64,000 nucleotides of DNA, taken from the NCBI GenBank assembly GCA_963664405.1, contig OY761158.1:4032001-4096000 (forward strand). Reading direction: 5' to 3'. Each line of letters begins with the position of its first letter. The stretch's first letter is position 1. This DNA comes from Thermoanaerobaculia bacterium (GTDB lineage: Bacteria > Acidobacteriota > Thermoanaerobaculia > Multivoradales > Multivoraceae). A program made the position numbers and the translations under genes. The notes beneath the pieces are model-generated. The model had not been told where the DNA came from. It worked only from the letters and a program-made list of their open reading frames with translations, and did no database searches. Below, in pieces: positions 19,340 to 29,803 of the stretch.

Positions 19340-20674
19340 ATGTTCGACAAGATCCTGATCGCGAATCGCGGTGAGATCGCTCTCCGGATCATACTGGCGT
19401 GTCGGGAGCTCGGCATTCACACCGTGGCCGTCCACAGCACGGCTGACGAGAATAGTCTGCACGTTACTTTCGCCGACGAGGACGTCTGCATCGGCCCCCC
19501 GCCAGCTCAGGAGAGTTATCTCAACATTTCTTCTTTGATCTCGGCGGCGGAGATAACGGGAGTAGAAGCGGTTCATCCGGGCTACGGCTTCCTCGCGGAG
19601 AATGCTCACTTCGCCGAGGTGCTCGAAGAGTGCCGACTCACCTGGATCGGTCCTCGGCCTGAGACCATCCGGCAGATGGGAGACAAGGCTCGCGCGAGGC
19701 GGACGGCGGCGGCCGCAGGTGTCCCGATCCTGCCCGGCTCAGCGGAGCCACTCACCGGTCCCGAGGAGGCGCGAGCCGTAGCAGAAGAGATCGGATACCC
19801 GGTCATTCTCAAAGCTTCAGCGGGTGGAGGTGGACGCGGCATGCGCATCGTCACCTCTGCCGTGCAGTTGGAGGCGCAATTTGGGACCGCCCAGGTCGAG
19901 GCGGCGAGGGCTTTCGGCGACGGCTCTCTGTATATGGAGAAGTACCTTGTCGAGCCGCGACACATCGAGGTGCAGGTCCTCGCCGATCAGCATGGAAACC
20001 AGATTCATCTCGGAGAGCGCGAATGCTCGATTCAGCGCCGCCATCAGAAGCTGATCGAGGAGTCTCCCGCACCTCGACTCGATCCTGCTGTTCGCTCTCA
20101 AATCACCGAGGCGGCCCTTCGCCTGGTCTCGGAGGTCGACTATCAGAACGCGGGCACGGTCGAGTTCCTTCTGGATGTCGACGGCAAGTTCTATTTCATG
20201 GAGATGAACACGCGAATTCAGGTGGAGCATCCGGTAACCGAGATGGTCACGGGTATCGACCTGGTGAAGGAGCAGATTCGCATTGCCGCCGGTGAGAAGC
20301 TGAGCATGACCTCGAGCCCTGAGCTACGCGGTCATGCGATCGAGTGCCGGATCAACGCCGAGCATCCTCGTACTTTCGTTCCCAGCGCGGGTCGTCTAGA
20401 GACCTTCCACACGCCTGGCGGCCCCGGTATACGGGTGGACACCCACAGCTACGAGGGCTATGACTTCCCTCCCTACTACGATTCCCTGATCGCCAAGGTC
20501 ATCGCTTTTGGTGGCGATAGGGCCGAGGCCATCGCGCGGATGAGCCGGGCGCTCGAATTCTTCGAGATCCAGGGTGTGCACACATCGCTGCCGCTGCATC
20601 GCACCGTTCTCGACAATCCGGACTTCGTCGCCGGGGCGTTGTCGACTCGTCTCATGGAGCGCATCCTAGGGTGA
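19340..20674 (+). CDS. accC: Biotin carboxylase
   Basis: [50 protein letters not shown]. Confidence 0.98.
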   Translation: MFDKILIANRGEIALRIILACRELGIHTVAVHSTADENSLHVTFADEDVCIGPPPAQESYLNISSLISAAEITGVEAVHPGYGFLAENAHFAEVLEECRLTWIGPRPETIRQMGDKARARRTAAAAGVPILPGSAEPLTGPEEARAVAEEIGYPVILKASAGGGGRGMRIVTSAVQLEAQFGTAQVEAARAFGDGSLYMEKYLVEPRHIEVQVLADQHGNQIHLGERECSIQRRHQKLIEESPAPRLDPAVRSQITEAALRLVSEVDYQNAGTVEFLLDVDGKFYFMEMNTRIQVEHPVTEMVTGIDLVKEQIRIAAGEKLSMTSSPELRGHAIECRINAEHPRTFVPSAGRLETFHTPGGPGIRVDTHSYEGYDFPPYYDSLIAKVIAFGGDRAEAIARMSRALEFFEIQGVHTSLPLHRTVLDNPDFVAGALSTRLMERILG

Positions 20675-21846
20675 GTAGGGCGGCGGCGCGCCTCGATCGG
20701 GCGCAGGTCCCCGATCTCTACGCGATCGCGGACGCGGGGGTGCTTGGTGTCCCAGGCTTGCCCTCGGCGGTGGGCACGATGGCGGACTCCGGAGTCCGCT
20801 GGATCCAGTTGCGCGCCAAGGAAGCCGGCGACGCTGACCTATGCGTCGCGATCGAGGGCTGCCTCGAGCGAGCCGAGGCAAGCGGCGCCACCATCTGGCT
20901 CAACGACCGTCCAGACCTGGCGGCTCTCTATTCGGTCCAAGGAGTGCATCTCGGTCAAGATGACCTACCTCCCGAGGCGGCGCGGAAGGTTGTTGGTGAG
21001 TCGACCTGGATCGGGCTCTCGACTCACGATCTCGATCAGGTGAGAGCTGCCGATGCCGACCCGGCCGTGGATCTGGTTGCTCTCGGACCGATCTTTGCCA
21101 CCACCAGCAAGGCGAATCCGGACCCTGTGGTCGGGCTGGAGGCGCTGTCAGCGGCGCGTGAGCTCACGGAGAAGCCTCTGGTCGCAATCGGGGGTGTCGA
21201 GCTCGGTAATCTGTGCCTGACGTTGGCCTCAGGAGCCGATTCTGCAGTCGTGCTCGGTGCGATATGCAAGGGCGATATCGCGAGCAATTCCCGACGGCTG
21301 CTGCGGGCCCTTGGCAGCACACACTTCCGCTCCGACCGGCTGATCTACCTTACCGGCTTCATGGGCGCCGGCAAGAGCTCTGTAGGGCGTTCTCTGAGCG
21401 ATCGGCTCGGTGTTCCGCTGCTGGATCTCGACGACGAGATCGAGCAGCGTGGAGGAGCCTCGATCTCGGCTCTTTTTCGTCGTCTTGGCGAAGACGGGTT
21501 TCGGGAGCTTGAGGCGGCGGTACTGGAGTCCTGCAGCGCTCTCGAGGTCTGTGTCGTCGCCACCGGCGGCGGCATCGTCGAGCGCGCGCCAAACATCGAC
21601 CTGATGCTGAGATCCGGGACTGTCGTCTGGCTCGATCCCGACTTCTCGACCCTGGTGGGACGCCTCCTAGCTGCACCCGAGGGCCGACCCCTATTCGTCA
21701 GTACGGAACAGGCGCTCTCGCTTTACGAGTCGCGCCTGGCGGGCTATCGACGCTGTCACCTGCGAGTCTCCGTGGGGGCGGACGACACCGCCGAGGACGT
21801 TAGCGATCGTCTCGTGGACCGCCTGGAGACCTCGTGCGCTACTTGA
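20671..21846 (+). CDS. thiE-aroK: Fusion of thiamine-phosphate synthase (ThiE) and shikimate kinase (AroK)
   Basis: [37 protein letters not shown], then [23 protein letters not shown] in a single frame. Confidence 0.9.
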   Translation: MSRAAARLDRAQVPDLYAIADAGVLGVPGLPSAVGTMADSGVRWIQLRAKEAGDADLCVAIEGCLERAEASGATIWLNDRPDLAALYSVQGVHLGQDDLPPEAARKVVGESTWIGLSTHDLDQVRAADADPAVDLVALGPIFATTSKANPDPVVGLEALSAARELTEKPLVAIGGVELGNLCLTLASGADSAVVLGAICKGDIASNSRRLLRALGSTHFRSDRLIYLTGFMGAGKSSVGRSLSDRLGVPLLDLDDEIEQRGGASISALFRRLGEDGFRELEAAVLESCSALEVCVVATGGGIVERAPNIDLMLRSGTVVWLDPDFSTLVGRLLAAPEGRPLFVSTEQALSLYESRLAGYRRCHLRVSVGADDTAEDVSDRLVDRLETSCAT

Positions 21847-22574
21847 TCCTTTCGGATATCCACGGCAACCTGGACGCGCTTCTTGCCGTGCTTCGGCGGG
21901 TTCGAAGAAAGCGATTCGATTCGATCGTCCTGCTCGGGGACCTCGTTGGCTACGGAGCCGCGCCGAACCAAGTTCTCGACACCGTGCGGGAGCTCAAAGG
22001 AGAAGTTCACGTCTTGCGAGGCAACCACGACAAGGTAGCTGCGGGGCTCGAGGAGGGTCTCGGCTTCAACGTCATCGCGCTGACCTCGGCTCGTTGGACC
22101 CAAGAACATTTGAGCGCGACGAATCGCCGCTTTCTCGAGCGGCTTCCTGTCGGGCCGCTCCACTTCGACGGCTTCCTCGCGTGTCACGGCTCTCCACAGA
22201 ACGAGGACACCTATGTATTCACCGAGAGAGAGGCGGTCGACGTTTTCCGCGGTTCCGATTTCCCGCTTTGCTTCTTTGGACACACCCACATCGCCTGTTG
22301 CTTCAGCTACGAGGGAGCTCACGTAGAAGCCAGGCTGCTGCAGGGTAAGCAAGGAGTCCTTGATCTCGTTCCTGGAGTGCGCTACTTCATCAACCCTGGA
22401 GCGATCGGCCAACCTAGAGATCGAGATCCACGAGCGGCTTTTGCGATCTATGACAGTGACAAAAGGCAGGTGAGCTGGGCTCGTACCTCTTACCCCATAA
22501 CTAAGGCACAGAAGAGAATTGTGCGTGCCGGTCTGCCAGTTGTCCTGGCCGAGCGGCTGGCACTCGGCAGGTAA
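21834..22574 (+). CDS. Calcineurin-like metallophosphoesterase
   Basis: SDIHGN, LGDLVGYG, RGNHD, CHGSP, FGHTH, NPGAIGQPRD. Confidence 0.93.
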   Translation: MRYLILSDIHGNLDALLAVLRRVRRKRFDSIVLLGDLVGYGAAPNQVLDTVRELKGEVHVLRGNHDKVAAGLEEGLGFNVIALTSARWTQEHLSATNRRFLERLPVGPLHFDGFLACHGSPQNEDTYVFTEREAVDVFRGSDFPLCFFGHTHIACCFSYEGAHVEARLLQGKQGVLDLVPGVRYFINPGAIGQPRDRDPRAAFAIYDSDKRQVSWARTSYPITKAQKRIVRAGLPVVLAERLALGR

Positions 22575-22600
22575 GAGGCGCCCGGCGCCTTTCGGGCCCC

Positions 22601-23908
22601 CTATCCGCCGGGTGCTAGAAGCAGCGAGACGGAGTCGCCGTCCGAGACTTCTGCCTCGGCAGCGAGGTCCTCGACGTCTGTAGTGGAGGCGCTGCCATCG
22701 CTATCGAGTCGCGCCGAGAGCAGACCGCTGGTCGGCAGCGGTCTGCCCAACATTGAGTCGCGCTGGTCCAGGTGCACATCGAGCGGAAAAGCTGGCGAAT
22801 CGATTCTCCTTACCGCCGCGGGTGGGCCTGGTTCGGGGGTGCGCAGGAAGACGAAGAGCACGGCTCCGGAGGGGATCGCCGCCGCCGAGGGGACTTCGAT
22901 CCGAGCACTGAACTCGGGGCCGCTAACGGCCGCGGTGCTCAACTGCGGCGGCGGAGAAGACAGAATCTCGTCGGCGTCTGCCCCGGCCTCCGCCATCGAC
23001 ACGAGCTGCTGCAAGCCGGGGTGGGCGCCCCCGGAGGCTTCGAGACCCACTCGCCAATCCTCGATGGCGGCTTCTCTGTCCCCCTCACGCATCTTGGCTA
23101 TGCCGCGCACCAGACGCGCGCTGATGAAGCGAGGCTCCTGGGCGAGAGCTTGGTCGAGTAACTCGATAGCTTGTTCCATATCCCCCATCGTCAGGCGGAC
23201 CAGACCCTGAAAGTAGAGACCGTCGACATCGCCGGGACGCTGCTCGAGAAGAATCTCGCTCTGGGTGTACGCTTCAAAGAAGAGGCCTTCGAGAACATAG
23301 ACCTCGGTAAGCGCCTTGCGAGCGTCGATGTCGCCGGGATTCTGCTCCAGCCGCGCCAGGAGCGAGGTTGCCCTCGCCCGAGCCTGAAGAGAGAGCTGTT
23401 CGATGGCCGGGTGATTAGTCTCTCCGAGGTTGCTATTTCCGGCCATTGGCGGGGTCTCGACGGGTGCCGGTGTCGCGTCGCGACCGGCCCAGAAGACGAG
23501 AGCGCCGATGAGAGCGGCACTAGCGACACCCATGGCGAATCCGAGGAGCGCCGACTTCCTGCCTGCTGGCCGAGGCTCGTCGGTGCTCGGTTTGTGCTTG
23601 CTCTCTCGTGACCCCGTCAGTGGAGATTTGACCCCGATCTCGTCCAACTGTTTGAGGACCCGCGCGGCGGCGAGCTCCAACTCGCCCCTGTCGACGTCGT
23701 CGAGCTCTTCATCGCTCGCTCCCTGCAGCCGCTTGTAGATGTCGTCTCGGCGAAGCTCGAGGTCGGTCGCGAGCAGGCGAAGATCTGCAGAGCCTTTCCC
23801 CTCTGAGCGTTTGCGGCTCGCCGCGCTGCGAAGTCTCAGCGCGGCGATGGCACCGACGGCGAGACCGATGGCGAGGATGACGATCCCGGGAAGAAAGGAT
23901 GTGCCCAC
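22601..23908 (-). CDS. ccmI: CcmI/CycH-like TPR protein of cytochrome c maturation
   Basis: Two TM segments, TPR region, C-terminal VLFVFLR..GPPAAV..FPL..DSML..SARLD domain; last gene of the ccm operon. Confidence 0.7.
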   Translation of the reverse strand: MGTSFLPGIVILAIGLAVGAIAALRLRSAASRKRSEGKGSADLRLLATDLELRRDDIYKRLQGASDEELDDVDRGELELAAARVLKQLDEIGVKSPLTGSRESKHKPSTDEPRPAGRKSALLGFAMGVASAALIGALVFWAGRDATPAPVETPPMAGNSNLGETNHPAIEQLSLQARARATSLLARLEQNPGDIDARKALTEVYVLEGLFFEAYTQSEILLEQRPGDVDGLYFQGLVRLTMGDMEQAIELLDQALAQEPRFISARLVRGIAKMREGDREAAIEDWRVGLEASGGAHPGLQQLVSMAEAGADADEILSSPPPQLSTAAVSGPEFSARIEVPSAAAIPSGAVLFVFLRTPEPGPPAAVRRIDSPAFPLDVHLDQRDSMLGRPLPTSGLLSARLDSDGSASTTDVEDLAAEAEVSDGDSVSLLLAPGG

Positions 23909-24075
23909 TAGTGGACCGTAACACTCGAACGTTTAGTGGCTGAGTGAGTCATTCGTGGTCGAGATCAAGGCGCGCTGACGCAGGCATATCGGGGACTATG
24001 TCGAGGAAGCGTAACGCAGAGATCGGCCGCGAGGGCCGCTCAGGCGCTAAACGTTTGGGTGTTACGGTCCACTAG
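23908..24075 (-). mobile_element. 168-bp CTAG-bounded palindromic element E3 between ccmH and ccmI
   Basis: IR ctagtggaccgtaacac..aacgtttag; reverse complement carries the core gttacgcttcctcgacata..tatgcctgcgtcagcgcgccttg. Confidence 0.88.
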
Positions 24076-24587
24076 GAGTCCACCTCCGAGCGAACTCGCT
24101 GCAAGTACTCATCGAGGTCCGGGTCGTGGCTCGGCGATGAGTCGGATGCCACTGCCAGACGTCTACGGATCAGGTAGAGACCGAGTGCAACGACCAGCAC
24201 CGGGGCAAGCCAGACCAGCAGGTTGAAGCCCTTCGCCTTGGGTTGCAGAAGCACGAACTCACCGTAGGAGCGCTCGAAGTAGTCGAGAATCTGGCTCTGT
24301 GTGTAGCCTTCGGCCAGGAGATCCCGCACCTGCGAGAGCATGGTGATGGCCGACGCACTAGGCGAGTCGGAAATCGGGAGTCCTTGACACACCGGGCAGC
24401 GCATGAGGCTTCCGACCTCGAGAGTTCGGCGAGTGAGCTCCTCGCCCTCGACAGGAGATCCGGCGGGCTGGCCCAGCAGCGCGGCGACATCAATGCTCGG
24501 TGTCTCTTCCTGGGCCACAGCCGTGGTCGGCGTCGACAGGAGCTCCAGAATCAGCAGAGCCAGCGCCACCGATGCCTTCGGAGTCAC
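24072..24587 (-). CDS. ccmH: Cytochrome c maturation protein CcmH
   Basis: MRCPVCQ, YGEFVLLQP, LLVWLAP. Confidence 0.93.
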   Translation of the reverse strand: MTPKASVALALLILELLSTPTTAVAQEETPSIDVAALLGQPAGSPVEGEELTRRTLEVGSLMRCPVCQGLPISDSPSASAITMLSQVRDLLAEGYTQSQILDYFERSYGEFVLLQPKAKGFNLLVWLAPVLVVALGLYLIRRRLAVASDSSPSHDPDLDEYLQRVRSEVDS

Positions 24588-25099
24588 AGCAGCCCTTCCA
24601 GGGTCTCGCTGATCGTTACCGGATCGAGCGGCCCGGCGTGCTTGTATCGGATCGTTCCCTCGGCGTCGATGAAGTAGGTCTCTGGGAGCTTGAAGACGCC
24701 GTAGGCAATGGATACCTTCCCATCACTGTCGTGGTAGGCCGGGCCCCACGAGCCGAAGCGCGAGTAGAACTGGTTCACCGCTTCTTCGCGGTCCTCGGAA
24801 GGCACCACTCCGATGAAGCTCACTTTTCCTTCGTACTGCTTCGCGGCACGAAGGAGATAAGGGTGCTCGATGACGCAGGGCTGACACCAGCTTGCCCAGA
24901 AGTTGAGGACCACGGGCTTGCCGAGCATCGCGGCCAGCTCGAGCGGGTTTCCGTCGAAATCCCTGAGCGCGAAGGCGGGGGCCTCCTTACCGATCAAGGG
25001 TGAGGCGATGACGTTGGGGTCGTGGCCGAAGCCGAGGCCGAGAAAGACGAGAAGTGGGATGGCGATGATTCCGCCGACGACCAGGGCAACTCGGTTCAA
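24584..25099 (-). CDS. ccmG: Thiol:disulfide oxidoreductase CcmG/DsbE
   Basis: SPLIGKEAP, NFWASWCQPC, YGVFKLPETYFID. Confidence 0.92.
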   Translation of the reverse strand: MNRVALVVGGIIAIPLLVFLGLGFGHDPNVIASPLIGKEAPAFALRDFDGNPLELAAMLGKPVVLNFWASWCQPCVIEHPYLLRAAKQYEGKVSFIGVVPSEDREEAVNQFYSRFGSWGPAYHDSDGKVSIAYGVFKLPETYFIDAEGTIRYKHAGPLDPVTISETLEGLL

Positions 25100-25110
25100 G
25101 CCAGGTACCC

Positions 25111-27090
25111 CTAGGCGGCCGGCGCTGGGCGGAGGGTCGCTGCCGCTGCGATTGTTCGCGGAGGAAGGACACAGAGAAGAGTGCCGACGACCATGATCGA
25201 GACGCCTATCCAGATCCAGACCACCGCCGGTGTGACGATCGCTCGCAGGCCGATAGTCCCGTCGGTTCCGACGTTCATCAGCGTCAGATAAAGATCGTGG
25301 GTCGCGCTGGTTTTCACCGCCGGTGTCGCCAGCGGCTGCATCTGGGTTGGGTAAGTGTTGATGGCGGGCTCCAGGAGGCCTCTCTCGCGATCGCCCTTGA
25401 GCACGCGTATGGTCGCTCGCTGCTGGAAGAGGTGAGGCTGCTGCTCCCCTTCGGCTCCTTCGAAAACGAGCTTGTAATCGCCCACGCTAAGGGCCTCACC
25501 GGGTGCAAGAGTGGCTTCCTTCTCTACCTGGAACGACGACGACACGGCGATAGCCACGAAAGTCATGATCACACCGAAGTGAACGATGTAGGCGCCTGCG
25601 CGGCGCGGGGAGCGCAGCAGCGACATCTTCAGCGCTTGCGGTGACGATTCCCCTTTCTTGGCCCTCTGTCGCGCCGGCCGTAGCCCCTGGTCCAGGGTCA
25701 CCCACAGTGCGTATCCGGCGAAGGCGGCAGTTGCGAGCAGTCCCCCGGCGCGGGCGCCGAGCAAGAGCGCAAGCCCGACGCCGACCGCCGCCGCCGGCAG
25801 TGGACGCAGCAGCGCCCTTCTGGCGAGACGGGAGTCGCCGCGACCCCAGGGGAGGGCCGGGCCGACACCCATCAGGAGGAGCAAGGAGAGGAAGATGGGT
25901 ATTGCCATTCGGTTGAAGTAGGGCTCACCCACGCTCACCTTCACGCCTCGAACGGACTCAGCGAAGATAGGGAAAACGGTGCCGATCAGGACGGTGAACA
26001 TCAAAGCAACGAAGAGAAGATTATTGAGGAGGAAGGCTCCTTCCCGGGCGAGCAGACGGTCGCGTCCGGGCTCGCCGACCAGGGTATCGATGCGCAAGGT
26101 CAAAAGAGCAATGACGAAGACGAGAAGGCAGCCGAGAAATACGAGAAAAGCGGGTCCGATTGGGCTCTGGGTGAAGGAGTGGACCGAGTTGACGACTCCG
26201 GAACGGGTCAAGAAGGTGCCGAGGATGGTGAGTATGAAGCTCATCAGAACGAGCACAACGGTCCATGCCTTGAGCGTTCCGCGTCGCTGAAGAACGATGG
26301 CCGAGTGGAGTGCTGCGATCGCCGTGAGCCACGGCAGGAAGGATGCATTCTCGACGGGGTCCCAGGCCCAGTAGCCTCCCCAGCCGAGAACTTCGTAGGA
26401 CCACCATCCGCCCAGCATGACACCTGCCGAAAGAAAGGCTGTTGGGATCAGGAGCCAGTTGCGAAGCGGCACTAGCCAGGTCGGTCCGAGTTGACCACGC
26501 AGCAGCGCTGCAACCGCCATCGCAAAGGGCACGGTCATTCCCACGTAGCCTAGATAGAGCATGGGCGGATGAATGATCATCAAGAGGTGGTTCTGGAGCA
26601 GGGGGTTGGGCCCCGGACCGTCCAAGGGGATTTGCCCAATGGTGGGAGCGAAGGGGTTGGCGGGCCCGGCGATGAGGAAGGTGAAGAAAGCCCCCACCGC
26701 CAGCATGGTGGCTAGGGTGTAGGCCAGATAGTCTTCGTGGCCGCGCCGCTGCAGCACGCTGACGCCGATCGTGTAGAGCCCGAGGATGAGACCCCAGAAG
26801 AGGATGGATCCTTCCAAGGAGGACCACAGGGAGACGATGGTGATGACCGTCGGAGTGCTCCGAGAACCTACATTGGCGACGTAGGAGACGGAGAAGTCGT
26901 GGCGGAGCAAAGCGACTTCCATCACCAAATTGGCGAGGATCATCGAAGCCGCGAAGGCCAGGCTCAGTCGCCGTGTCCAGCGTAATCCGACCTCGGACCG
27001 TTGGGCGCCGGCGACAAAGCCGATGGGTGAGCCCACGGCACACAGGAGAAGAGCCAGGAGCACCAGCCCCTGCCCCAAGTAGGAGATCAT
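25111..27090 (-). CDS. ccmF: Heme lyase CcmF
   Basis: EGSILFW, NPLLQN..IHPPMLYLGY, WGGYWAWDPVENAS, TRSG..SVHSF. Confidence 0.97.
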   Translation of the reverse strand: MISYLGQGLVLLALLLCAVGSPIGFVAGAQRSEVGLRWTRRLSLAFAASMILANLVMEVALLRHDFSVSYVANVGSRSTPTVITIVSLWSSLEGSILFWGLILGLYTIGVSVLQRRGHEDYLAYTLATMLAVGAFFTFLIAGPANPFAPTIGQIPLDGPGPNPLLQNHLLMIIHPPMLYLGYVGMTVPFAMAVAALLRGQLGPTWLVPLRNWLLIPTAFLSAGVMLGGWWSYEVLGWGGYWAWDPVENASFLPWLTAIAALHSAIVLQRRGTLKAWTVVLVLMSFILTILGTFLTRSGVVNSVHSFTQSPIGPAFLVFLGCLLVFVIALLTLRIDTLVGEPGRDRLLAREGAFLLNNLLFVALMFTVLIGTVFPIFAESVRGVKVSVGEPYFNRMAIPIFLSLLLLMGVGPALPWGRGDSRLARRALLRPLPAAAVGVGLALLLGARAGGLLATAAFAGYALWVTLDQGLRPARQRAKKGESSPQALKMSLLRSPRRAGAYIVHFGVIMTFVAIAVSSSFQVEKEATLAPGEALSVGDYKLVFEGAEGEQQPHLFQQRATIRVLKGDRERGLLEPAINTYPTQMQPLATPAVKTSATHDLYLTLMNVGTDGTIGLRAIVTPAVVWIWIGVSIMVVGTLLCVLPPRTIAAAATLRPAPAA

Positions 27091-27569
27091 CTTCCGGTAG
27101 CCTCGAACTGCAGGCTCTTCATGAGCTCACGCATGTCCTTCGGCTCGTCCTCGCCTGGCGCTTGGTATTCGTTGTCGTGCTTGACCATGAGGCGCTGTGA
27201 GTGAAAGACACCGTCGGCTCCGGCCGTACCTTCGATCACCACGCCGATGCCGGCTCGGAACATCGCCGGCGGAACTGTGCTTGCGTGCACTGGCACCTGG
27301 ATCTCACCATCCGTAACCTCGAAGCTGAGCTCGAGGCCGTCCATGCCGCGCTCGATAGACCCCGGCACCACGAGCCCGCCGAGGCGGATTGTTGCCCCAA
27401 TAGCCTCGTCCCCGGCCTCACGAAGCTCGGAGGGGCTCCAGTAGTACACCAGGTTGCCGCCGATGTTCCCGTAGGCGACCAAGCCCAGAATCACCACCAC
27501 GACAGCGATGGCAGCCGCCGTAAACATCCGCCGCTTGGCAAGGTCGCTACTCGGTGCGCTCGTCATCAT
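27087..27569 (-). CDS. ccmE: Heme chaperone CcmE
   Basis: YYWSPSE, IRLGGLV, PAMFRAG, KHDNEY (HxxxY). Confidence 0.93.
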   Translation of the reverse strand: MMTSAPSSDLAKRRMFTAAAIAVVVVILGLVAYGNIGGNLVYYWSPSELREAGDEAIGATIRLGGLVVPGSIERGMDGLELSFEVTDGEIQVPVHASTVPPAMFRAGIGVVIEGTAGADGVFHSQRLMVKHDNEYQAPGEDEPKDMRELMKSLQFEATGR

Positions 27570-27696
27570 TTTTGTCTTCTGCCTTCTTCAGGCGCGATCG
27601 TAGGCTCCATGCATAGAGTAGGAACATCGCGCTGGTGATCGCATAGGCGGCTATCACGAAGTTCCAACCGCCAACTATAACGCCTTCTGGGGCCAT
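27547..27696 (-). CDS. ccmD: CcmD-like 49-aa membrane protein (not in ORF track)
   Basis: MAPEGVIVGGWNFVIAAYAITSAMFLLYAWSLRSRLKK...; one TM plus charged tail, between ccmC and ccmE. Confidence 0.8.
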   Translation of the reverse strand: MAPEGVIVGGWNFVIAAYAITSAMFLLYAWSLRSRLKKAEDKNDDERTE

Positions 27697-28395
27697 TTAG
27701 GTTCCCTCCTGCATGGCGAGGAGTGGAGGCTCCGCTACGTCAATCGCCGTGCGGCGCCGCCTCTCTACGGCGGCCCGGGCGGCGATGAACCAGACGCTGA
27801 GGAAGAGGACCGCAAAGGCGTTGATGCGCATCGGTAGAGCCATACTCGAGGCGACGGTCTCTGGAGTCGATTGGATCTGATGAAGGCTGCGCCACCAGCG
27901 CACACAGAAATAGACCAAAGGTACATCGACCCAGGCCACGATGGTAGCGATGGCGGTCCAGGTCGCTCGCCGGGTCGGATCGTCGGAGAAAGAGCGCAAC
28001 GCCAAGACCCCGGCGAAGAGGAGGAGCATGACGAACGAAAAGATGAGGCGCACATCGCCCCAGGTCCACCAGATTCCCCAGGTTGGTTTCGCCCAGAGCA
28101 TGCCAAGCCCTAGCAGGAGGCTATTGAGCATGACTCCAGTCTCGACCGCCCCGATCGTGTAGTTGTCCCAACGCGAGCGACCGGTCCAAAGCGAGGCGAC
28201 GGCGAAGACGAAGGCGGCGCAGAAGCAGACCAGCGAGTTCCAGGCGGCGGGAACATGGACGTAGAGCATGCGCTGCACGTCTCCCATATGCTTTTCGGCC
28301 GGAGCCACGAAGAGGCCGATATAGCTACCGACGATGAAGAGCACCGCGCCGGCGAGACCGGCCGCAGTAGCCACACGGGGTATACCCTTCATCAC
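27697..28395 (-). CDS. ccmC: Heme exporter CcmC
   Basis: YVHVPAAW, WAKPTWGIWWTWGD (WWD domain), WWRSLHQ. Confidence 0.95.
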   Translation of the reverse strand: MMKGIPRVATAAGLAGAVLFIVGSYIGLFVAPAEKHMGDVQRMLYVHVPAAWNSLVCFCAAFVFAVASLWTGRSRWDNYTIGAVETGVMLNSLLLGLGMLWAKPTWGIWWTWGDVRLIFSFVMLLLFAGVLALRSFSDDPTRRATWTAIATIVAWVDVPLVYFCVRWWRSLHQIQSTPETVASSMALPMRINAFAVLFLSVWFIAARAAVERRRRTAIDVAEPPLLAMQEGT

Positions 28396-29076
28396 CTACT
28401 CCTCGATTGCGTATGGAAAGAGGACACCGCACAGGCACCAGTAGATTGCCGCGAACGCGGCAAGTAAAGTCGTCCAAGAGCCGAGTTGGCCCATCGGGTC
28501 GCCGCTGAGGATGAGGTCGATGGCCTTGACCGAGGCGAGGAGCACTGGAATAACCAGAGGGTAGTGAACGAGTGGGAGTAGTACATCCTGGCTGCGCACT
28601 TGAGAAGTCATGGCCGCGTAGAGGGTGCCGGGGGCTGCCAGTCCGGCCGCCGCCAGCGTCCAAAGGAGCACAAACTTTGCGAGTGCTCCTGGGCTGAGAT
28701 CCACAGCATAGAACACCACGGAGGCGACAGCCAGCACGGGTCCGAGGAGCGCCAGGAAGAGGGTGTTTCCGATCGCCTTCCCGTAGAAGAGGGCAACCGG
28801 TGAGACCGGCAGCAAGAGCAGGCCTTCCATTGCGCGGTCTTGGTTCTCCACCCGAAAGCTTTCGGTCAGAGCGAGCGTCGAGCTGAGTAAGAGAGCGAGA
28901 ACGAGAAAGCCGGCGGCGGTGGTCCGAAGCACGGTACTGTCGGCGCCGGCGGCGAACGAGAAGAGAGTCAGAGCGACGATGCCGAAGAGGAACACCGCGA
29001 GCATTCGCGCGCGACCCCGCCACTCGAGCAGGAGATCTTTGGCGAGGACAGCGAGAATCTCTTCCAGGATCCTCAT
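28396..29076 (-). CDS. ccmB: ABC permease CcmB
   Basis: KDLLLEWR, LLPLVHYPLVIPVLL; ATG overlaps the ccmA stop. Confidence 0.92.
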   Translation of the reverse strand: MRILEEILAVLAKDLLLEWRGRARMLAVFLFGIVALTLFSFAAGADSTVLRTTAAGFLVLALLLSSTLALTESFRVENQDRAMEGLLLLPVSPVALFYGKAIGNTLFLALLGPVLAVASVVFYAVDLSPGALAKFVLLWTLAAAGLAAPGTLYAAMTSQVRSQDVLLPLVHYPLVIPVLLASVKAIDLILSGDPMGQLGSWTTLLAAFAAIYWCLCGVLFPYAIEE

Positions 29077-29771
29077 TGGGAGCTCTCGATTACGGCCGGT
29101 AAGTCCGCGGCCTCGCCGTTCCAGAGGCGTTGGCCGCTGGTGAGGAGGACGGCCCGGCGGCACAACGACGCCGCGCGCTCGATCTGGTGCGAAGCGAGGA
29201 CTACCGTGACTCCTTTGGCGCGGCTCTGCCGGATCCAGTTCTCGATCAGCGCCTGGCCGTCGACGTCCAGGGCAGCGAAGGGCTCGTCGAGGAGCAGTAG
29301 ATCAGGCTCTTCGAGTCGACTACGGGCGAGGGACAGCCGCTTGCGCATGCCGGCCGAGAAAGCCGAGACGACGCTGTTGCCACGGGCGCCCAGACCCGCC
29401 TCTTCGAGAAGAGAGGCGAGGCGGGAGTCGTCTGCCCCGTTGCGGAGGATCTTGGCCCACAGCCGCATAGACTCCTTGGCGGTGAGCTGGTCGTAGAGGA
29501 AGCTGTTGTGGGAGACGAGAGAAAGCCGACGACGGCACGCCATCCGCGCCCTTCCGGGATCGTGCCCGAGTACTTCGAGACTTCCAGTCGTCGGTTTCAG
29601 GATACCGGCGATAAGCTGGAGCAGAGTCGTCTTGCCGCAGCCGTTGGGTCCGGCGATGAGAAGCGAGTCGCCGTTGGCGACAGCGAGATCGAGATGAGCG
29701 AGGGCCCATTGTCTACCGAATCGGCGACCCAGGCGCTTGGCCTCGATCGCCAGTCCTTCGCTAGCGGCCAT
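29073..29771 (-). CDS. ccmA: ABC ATPase CcmA
   Basis: GPNGCGKT, FSAGMRKR, LLLLDEPF. Confidence 0.92.
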   Translation of the reverse strand: MAASEGLAIEAKRLGRRFGRQWALAHLDLAVANGDSLLIAGPNGCGKTTLLQLIAGILKPTTGSLEVLGHDPGRARMACRRRLSLVSHNSFLYDQLTAKESMRLWAKILRNGADDSRLASLLEEAGLGARGNSVVSAFSAGMRKRLSLARSRLEEPDLLLLDEPFAALDVDGQALIENWIRQSRAKGVTVVLASHQIERAASLCRRAVLLTSGQRLWNGEAADLPAVIESSQ

Positions 29772-29803
29772 GACGTTGGGGCAAGTTAGCACAGAGGCCC
29801 TCG

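Noticed and set aside
27087-27569. Variant (CxxxY) CcmE of System I*
   Set aside because: The motif is the canonical HxxxY (KHDNEY)
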